Source: Deltaproteobacteria bacterium (GTDB taxonomy: Bacteria; Myxococcota_A; UBA9160; UBA6930). From it: a DNA stretch of 64,000 bases. The translations under genes were made by a program, and so were the position numbers. A model generated the notes under the pieces. That model was not told where the DNA came from. It saw nothing but the letters and a program-made list of their open reading frames with translations, and made no database searches. Positions 59,203 through 64,000 of this stretch are shown piece by piece. Location of the stretch: the NCBI GenBank assembly GCA_029261795.1, contig JAJDAP010000095.1, forward strand, positions 810-64,809, in the 5' to 3' direction. Numbering within the stretch: position 1 is the first letter of the stretch; each line of letters starts with the position of its first letter.

Positions 59203-59636
59203 CAGACCTCCTTCGGTGGCGGCATCCTAGCTCCCCTGGGCAGCCGCGGCCTGCGGAGGGAACCGCGCAAAAAATGTCTCCAAGGGCAGGCGGAGCCACC
59301 ACCCGCCTCCCTGGGCAACCCATTTAGCCGGAGGAGGTTGTCGAGGACCTGGCGGGAAGAGCTCTCCATCGGTCGATTCCGCCTGATCAGGGTGCCGGGG
59401 GCTGTCGAGGGGAGGGGTCCCCCTTGGTGTGGGCGCTCGGGTCACGGTGGAGGCGCGGACGGGCGTGGGGCGGATCGAGAGGCCGCGATGTCGGTCCCCT
59501 TCGAGCGGAGTTGGGTCCCGGAGGGGCTGTTGAGGGGGTGGTTTGCGTAGATGTTAGGTGTTCGGGTCAGGGTCGACCGCGCCAGCGGGCGTGGGGCGAC
59601 TGGAACGATGTTTCGGGGATGCGATGTCGATTCCTC

Positions 59637-59664
59637 TTGATTGAATTCATAACCTCGCTATAGT
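59637..59664 (+). promoter_or_regulatory. sigma70-like promoter candidate (TTGATT - 16 nt - TATAGT)
   Basis: Read directly from the sequence: -35 at 59637-59642 and -10 at 59659-59664. Only 7 nt lie before ATG 59672 of the transposase fragment, which implies a near-leaderless transcript if it is used. Confidence 0.25.
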
Positions 59665-59671
59665 CAACACC

Positions 59672-60016
59672 ATGCGACGTAAGGCATCCGGAATACAGCT
59701 CGAACTGCGACACTCCGGGTGGGGCGGGAAACGGGTCGGTGCCGGGCGAAAGCCGCAGCCGGGTTCCGGCATCCCGCATCTCCGACGAACCGGACTGGCC
59801 GCCCGGTTTCCCTGCCACGTCACCTTGAAGGTGCGCGATGGCGTGCCTTCCCTTCGAACCGTGAAGCTGGTGCGAGAGCTCGAACGCTCCTGGGCGAAGG
59901 CCTGTGATCGCGGGGACTTCCGGCTCGCGCACTACTCGATCCAGGCCAATCACGTCCACCTGCTGGTGGAGGCGAAGGATGCGGACTCGCTGGGGACTTG
60001 CGAGCCCTCCTCATAG
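59672..60016 (+). pseudogene. truncated IS200/RAYT-type (Y1, HUH) transposase
   Basis: 114 aa. 'GWGGKRVGAGRKP...FPCHVTLKVRDG...FRLAHYSIQANHVHLLVEA' carries the HUH motif (H-V-H). It stops before the catalytic Tyr region expected in full-length (~200 aa or more) proteins. Confidence 0.6.
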
Positions 60017-60095
60017 AGTCGAGAGCCACCCCATCCCTCGAGACCTTCCGCCCGGCCAGGCGCCGCCACGCGCCAAGGGTTGAAAAGGCCTGCCC

Positions 60096-61436
60096 TCAGT
60101 ACGCGGCGGCCGGAAGCCAGCTCACGATCTCGGGCCAGGCGAAGAGGGCGGCCAGGCCCACGAGCTGGAGGACCACGAAGGGCGCGATGCCGCGGTAGAG
60201 GTGCGGTAGCTCGATCCCGGGTGGTGCGACGCCTTTCAGGTAGAAGAGTGCGAAGCCGACGGGCGGTGTCAGGAAGGAGGTCTGCAGGCAGACGGCGACG
60301 AGCACGGTGAACCAGAGCTTGTCGATGCCGAGCGAGACCGTGATCGGCTCGACCAGGGGCAGCACGATCAGGGTGATCTCGATCCAGTCGAGGAAGAAGC
60401 CGAGGAAGAACACCAGGGCCAGCAGGCAGGCGACCACGCCCATCGGTCCGAAGGGCAGGCCCGTGATGGCGGCCTCGATCACTTCGTCGCCGCCGAGGCC
60501 GCGCAAGACCACCGAGAAGCAGGTGGCGCCGAGGAAGATCGCGAAGATGAACGACGTGGTGCGCGCCGTGGCGTTCGAGACCTCGCGCAGGGTCGGGAGG
60601 TTCAAGCCACCTCGTGCCAGGGCGAGCAGGGTGGCACCGGCGGCGCCGACACCGGCGGCTTCCGAGGGCGACACGATGCCGAAGAAGATCGAGCCGAGGA
60701 CGGCCCCGATCAGGCCGAGTGGCGGAATCAGCGCCCGGGTCACCGCGACCCAGGCACCCCGATCGAGGGCGCCGGTACTCGGCGGCGCCAGCGAGGGGCG
60801 AAGCCCGCAGATGACGAGCAGGTAGGTCAGGTAGAGGCTGGCCAGCAGCAGGCCCGGGAATACGGCGCCGAGGAAGAGATCGCCCACCGAGAGCTGCATG
60901 GGCTCGCTCATCAGCACGAGCATGATGCTAGGCGGAATCAGGATTCCCAGGCAGCCGGCGGCCGCCACGGTGCCGACGGCGAGTTCCGGCTGGTAGCCAT
61001 CGTCGAGCATCGCGGGCAGCGCCAGGGTTCCGAGCAGTGCCACCGACGCCCCGATGATTCCCGTCGAGGCGGCGAGGACGACACCCAGCAACAGCACCGC
61101 GATGGCGAGTCCGCCGGAAAGCCGGCCCAGGGCCGCTTGCATTGCGCGCAGCAGATCACCGGCGATGCCGCTGCGATCGAGCATGTGGCCCATGAAGATG
61201 AACAGGGGCAGTGGAACCAACCCGTAACTCGACATGGTGCCGTAGATGCGGTCGACCACGAGCGTCAGCGTGGTCAGGTCCGCGTCGACCGGGATGCCCT
61301 GGGCATTCAGGATTTCGCCGAGGATCGCGAACCAGACACCGACGCCGGCCAGCACCCAGGCCACCGGGTAGCCGCTGAATAGCAACGCGATGAAGCTCAC
61401 GAACATGAGCGCGACGAACAGGACGTTCCAGTCCAC
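60096..61436 (-). CDS. dctM: TRAP transporter large permease subunit
   Basis: 446 aa, polytopic. 'TLTLVVDRIYGTMSSYGLVPLPLFIFMG' and 'IPPSIMLVL' are typical DctM regions. Confidence 0.92.
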   Translation of the reverse strand: MDWNVLFVALMFVSFIALLFSGYPVAWVLAGVGVWFAILGEILNAQGIPVDADLTTLTLVVDRIYGTMSSYGLVPLPLFIFMGHMLDRSGIAGDLLRAMQAALGRLSGGLAIAVLLLGVVLAASTGIIGASVALLGTLALPAMLDDGYQPELAVGTVAAAGCLGILIPPSIMLVLMSEPMQLSVGDLFLGAVFPGLLLASLYLTYLLVICGLRPSLAPPSTGALDRGAWVAVTRALIPPLGLIGAVLGSIFFGIVSPSEAAGVGAAGATLLALARGGLNLPTLREVSNATARTTSFIFAIFLGATCFSVVLRGLGGDEVIEAAITGLPFGPMGVVACLLALVFFLGFFLDWIEITLIVLPLVEPITVSLGIDKLWFTVLVAVCLQTSFLTPPVGFALFYLKGVAPPGIELPHLYRGIAPFVVLQLVGLAALFAWPEIVSWLPAAAY

Positions 61437-61437
61437 G

Positions 61438-61986
61438 TCAGGTCACGACGTCAGAAGTATCGGGGCGGGCATCGCTCTCGGCGCCGAACAGGATCGCGAG
61501 GTTTCTCGCGGCGGTTCCGAGCGCCTGGATGGCGAGCAGACAGAGTGCGAAGAACAACACGAACTTGATCACCCAGCGCGCCGGCAGCCCGCTCGGCATC
61601 GAGGAGCTTTCGTTCATGGCCCAGGACTGGACGACGAAATCCCAAGCGGAAACGCCCATGATCACGGCGAACGGGAGCAGCAGGAGCAGGGTCCCGGCCA
61701 GTTCGACCGCGGCCTTCGGCCTCGGCGAGAAGCGCGCGTGGAAAAGATCCACCCGCACGTGGTCGTCGTTGACCATCGCGTAGGCGTAGGCGAGCAGGAA
61801 GCCCGCGGCGAAGAGGTGCCACTGGAGTTCTTCGAGTTCGATGAAGCCCCGACCCAGGCCGTAGCGAAGCGTCACGTTCACGATCAGGACGAGCATCAGT
61901 AGCGGGTAGAGCCAGGCGGCAGCTTCCCCGACGCGCGTCGAGAGCGTGGCCGTCCGCTGCGAGAACCGGAGGAGGGCGTCCTTCAA
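61438..61986 (-). CDS. dctQ: TRAP transporter small permease subunit
   Basis: The candidate TTG at 61986 overlaps the dctP stop (TTGA), giving 182 aa with 4 TM helices. 'WLYPLLMLVLIVNVTLRYGLG...LEELQWHLFAAGFLL...DDHVRVDLF'. The rest of the 387-aa track ORF overlaps dctP out of frame. Confidence 0.8.
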   Translation of the reverse strand: MKDALLRFSQRTATLSTRVGEAAAWLYPLLMLVLIVNVTLRYGLGRGFIELEELQWHLFAAGFLLAYAYAMVNDDHVRVDLFHARFSPRPKAAVELAGTLLLLLPFAVIMGVSAWDFVVQSWAMNESSSMPSGLPARWVIKFVLFFALCLLAIQALGTAARNLAILFGAESDARPDTSDVVT

Positions 61987-63068
61987 TCGGCCGTCGGCGG
62001 GTAGGCGATCGAGGACCAGGGTTCTTGCGCGGCCAGGAATGCGCGCTGGGATTCGAGGGCGCGCGCGAAGTCGGCGTCGCCGGCACTCATCTCGACCAGC
62101 AACGCTTCCGTGGCCGAGCGCAGGGCGGCGAGGACTTCGGGCGGCCAGCTGTGGATCGTGACGCCCTCGCTCTCGAAGAACGAAAGCGCTTCGGCCTGGA
62201 CCGAAAGTGCGGTGGTCCACTCGTGCAGCACCGTCGAGGCGCAGGCGGCCTCGATGCTGGCCTGCTGGTGGGGCGCCAGGGCATCCCAGGTCGGCTTGTG
62301 GAAGATCAGTTCCATGACCGACGAGGGCTGATGCCAGCCGGGAAAGTAGTAGTGCTTGGCCACCTTGTAGAAACCCAGGTTCCGGTCGACCACGGGCATC
62401 GAGTACTCGGTGGCATCGATCACGCCGCGCTCGATGGAGACGAAGATGTCGCCGGCGGGTATCTGTGTCGCCGAGGCGCCGAGCTTTTCCAGGACCTTGC
62501 CGCCGAGCCCCGCATAACGAATCTTGAGCCCCCGCAGATCCTCGACGCTTTCGATCGGCTTGCTGAACCAGCCCGACGCCTCGGGCGGCAGCGCGCCGCA
62601 CGGGATCGGCACCAGATTCACCTTGGCGTAGATCTCGCGCCAGAGCTCGAGCCCGCCGCCCCGCTTCAACCAGGCGAGGCTCTCTCGCGCGCCGGGTCCG
62701 AATGGCACGGCGCCGAAGACGGCGGCCGCCGGCACCTTTCCGAGCCAGTAGCCCGGGAACGCGAAACCGGCGTCGATCTTGCCGGCCGAAACCGCATCGA
62801 AGATGCCGAGGGTTCCAACCAGCTTGTTGGCGTCGTAGACCTTGGCGTCGATGCCGTGGCCTTTCATTGCGGCCATCGTGTCGCGCCAGTGCGCGACCGA
62901 TTCGCCCAGAACCGGCATCGAGAGCGGATAGCCGCTCTGGATCTTCAGTCGCACGCGCGGTGCCGCCGGAACGCCAGCAGTGTCGTCAGCACCGCTCGAT
63001 TCGCCGGCCGGTGCGCCGCAGCCGAGCCAGAGGAGCGCCAGTACCGCGGCGCCAACGCGCCTTGCCAT
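61983..63068 (-). CDS. dctP: TRAP transporter substrate-binding protein (DctP family)
   Basis: 361 aa. Lipoprotein-like signal 'AAVLALLWLGCG'. 'LKIRYAGLGGKVLEKLGASATQIPAGDIFVSIERGVIDATEY' is DctP-like. Confidence 0.88.
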   Translation of the reverse strand: MARRVGAAVLALLWLGCGAPAGESSGADDTAGVPAAPRVRLKIQSGYPLSMPVLGESVAHWRDTMAAMKGHGIDAKVYDANKLVGTLGIFDAVSAGKIDAGFAFPGYWLGKVPAAAVFGAVPFGPGARESLAWLKRGGGLELWREIYAKVNLVPIPCGALPPEASGWFSKPIESVEDLRGLKIRYAGLGGKVLEKLGASATQIPAGDIFVSIERGVIDATEYSMPVVDRNLGFYKVAKHYYFPGWHQPSSVMELIFHKPTWDALAPHQQASIEAACASTVLHEWTTALSVQAEALSFFESEGVTIHSWPPEVLAALRSATEALLVEMSAGDADFARALESQRAFLAAQEPWSSIAYPPTAD

Positions 63069-64000
63069 CTACTTCACCTGTCGCAGGAACTCGGAGAGGC
63101 CATGGCCGACCTTGTCGCCGATGCGCCACTCGGTCATGCCCTCGCCGATGTAGGTCTCGAGTTCGCTGCGCCGGTTCCGCAGCGGGATGAAGTTCTTCAC
63201 GGTTCCCGTGATCGTGTGTTCCTCGCCGCTCTCGGTCTTCACGCGGGCCGTCACGCTCTTGTGGAACACGCCGTTGTCCTCGTACTCGGCCTCGATCTCG
63301 GCTTCGACGATCCGGTCCATCTCGCCGTCGCGAATCATCACGCCGCCGGCACTTCGTTGCTTGCCTTCGGCGTCGCGCTGCACGATCGACACCATGGCGC
63401 CGAGTTCGGCGCCGAAGTTGAGCGTCAGCCACTCGTACTGGTGGATCGCCTGCCAGTGGCGCGGGCCCCAGCTGTGGTCGCGGAGTCCGTAGCCATCGAC
63501 GGCGAAGACATCGTCGCCGATGCGGACGTTGCCGGTCACGTGCATGTGTTGTTCGAAGTGGGCCTTCGCGAACGATTCTTCCGAATCCTCACCATCGTTG
63601 TTTTCGCTCTTGTGTCCGTAGAGCGGCCCCGCGGCACGGTGATCGAGATCGAATGCGACCTGCACCTTCGGGTTGTTCTTGAACGCCTTGCTCGGGTCCT
63701 TCATGTCGCGCGGCTCGTCCATCAGCACGCAGCGGCCCTCGAACGTGGTGCGGTGCTGTTCGGTCGGGTTCAGCACCTCGAACTTCAGACCGCCGGCATC
63801 GTGGGCGTCGTTGTCGTCGATGCGCGGCCGCCCGAACGTGAAGGCCACGCGACCGTCGGGCAGGTAGAGGCACACGGTCATCTCGGCCTGGCCCTCGTTC
63901 GCGCGGTTGCCCATGCGGAACCAACCGCCGAGCGACTCCTTGGTATCGAAGAAGTTGTAGTAGGCGCTTTCGTTGAAGTTCGGCTCCGGGCCGAGTTCGT
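63069..64000 (-). CDS. hypothetical protein, 5'-truncated by the window edge
   Basis: The frame stays open upstream of Met 63914 to the window end ('...ELGPEPNFNESAYYNFFDTKESLGGWFRMGNRANEG...'). Composition is coding-like. The stop abuts the dctP start with no intergenic gap. No family was assigned. Confidence 0.6.
   Translation of the reverse strand, partial: ELGPEPNFNESAYYNFFDTKESLGGWFRMGNRANEGQAEMTVCLYLPDGRVAFTFGRPRIDDNDAHDAGGLKFEVLNPTEQHRTTFEGRCVLMDEPRDMKDPSKAFKNNPKVQVAFDLDHRAAGPLYGHKSENNDGEDSEESFAKAHFEQHMHVTGNVRIGDDVFAVDGYGLRDHSWGPRHWQAIHQYEWLTLNFGAELGAMVSIVQRDAEGKQRSAGGVMIRDGEMDRIVEAEIEAEYEDNGVFHKSVTARVKTESGEEHTITGTVKNFIPLRNRRSELETYIGEGMTEWRIGDKVGHGLSEFLRQVK

Noticed and set aside
61987-62601. 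Upstream part of the 387-aa ORF containing dctQ
   Set aside because: It runs out of frame over dctP and is Arg/Pro-rich. A TTG at 61986 gives a normal 182-aa DctQ.

Overview
This is a high-GC bacterial chromosomal window. A spot count in purL gives 42 of 60 G+C; no full GC scan was possible. It is densely coding on both strands, with about 55 supportable genes. I saw no rRNA, tRNA or CRISPR array.

Housekeeping blocks:
- purB-purL
- Pyruvate dehydrogenase genes aceE-aceF-lpdA
- The NHEJ pair ku/ligD
- aat
- frmA and tesB
- A TRAP transporter
- Many acyl-CoA and lipid genes: two crotonases, two acyl-CoA dehydrogenases, two thioesterases, an SDR and a nitronate monooxygenase

Lineage hints suggest a Myxococcota- or deltaproteobacterium-like organism. 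They are a PEP-CTERM protein, a MYXO-CTERM-like Cys/TM/Arg tail, a CarF/TMEM189-type desaturase, and a fused membrane/spermidine-synthase-like protein. This is inference only.

Two accessory patches have visibly lower GC:
- About 16.5-20.6 kb holds an IS transposase remnant and a three-gene operon. The operon includes an 893-aa protein with TSP3 repeats, an SGNH hydrolase domain and a sorting tail.
- About 41.5-44.7 kb holds a 60-bp direct repeat pair flanking an AAA+/DUF4143 ATPase, an ATPase gene remnant, an RHS/YD remnant and a 16-bp perfect palindrome.

Most interesting candidates:
1. Operon at 55.6-59.2 kb. It joins a GTP cyclohydrolase II variant that appears to lack the Tyr105 equivalent, and carries a ~150-aa C-terminal extension, to a double-SIS/creatininase-family fusion. 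This may be a two-step FAPy-type route from GTP.
2. Module at 34.9-39.4 kb with a GT2, a methyltransferase and an STT3/AglB-like GT-C protein. The WWDYG motif is degenerate.
3. A CarF-like desaturase translationally coupled to an unknown membrane protein.

All family calls come from motif recognition by eye and need HMM or BLAST confirmation. Many long ORFs in the track are antisense shadow ORFs typical of high-GC DNA and were rejected.
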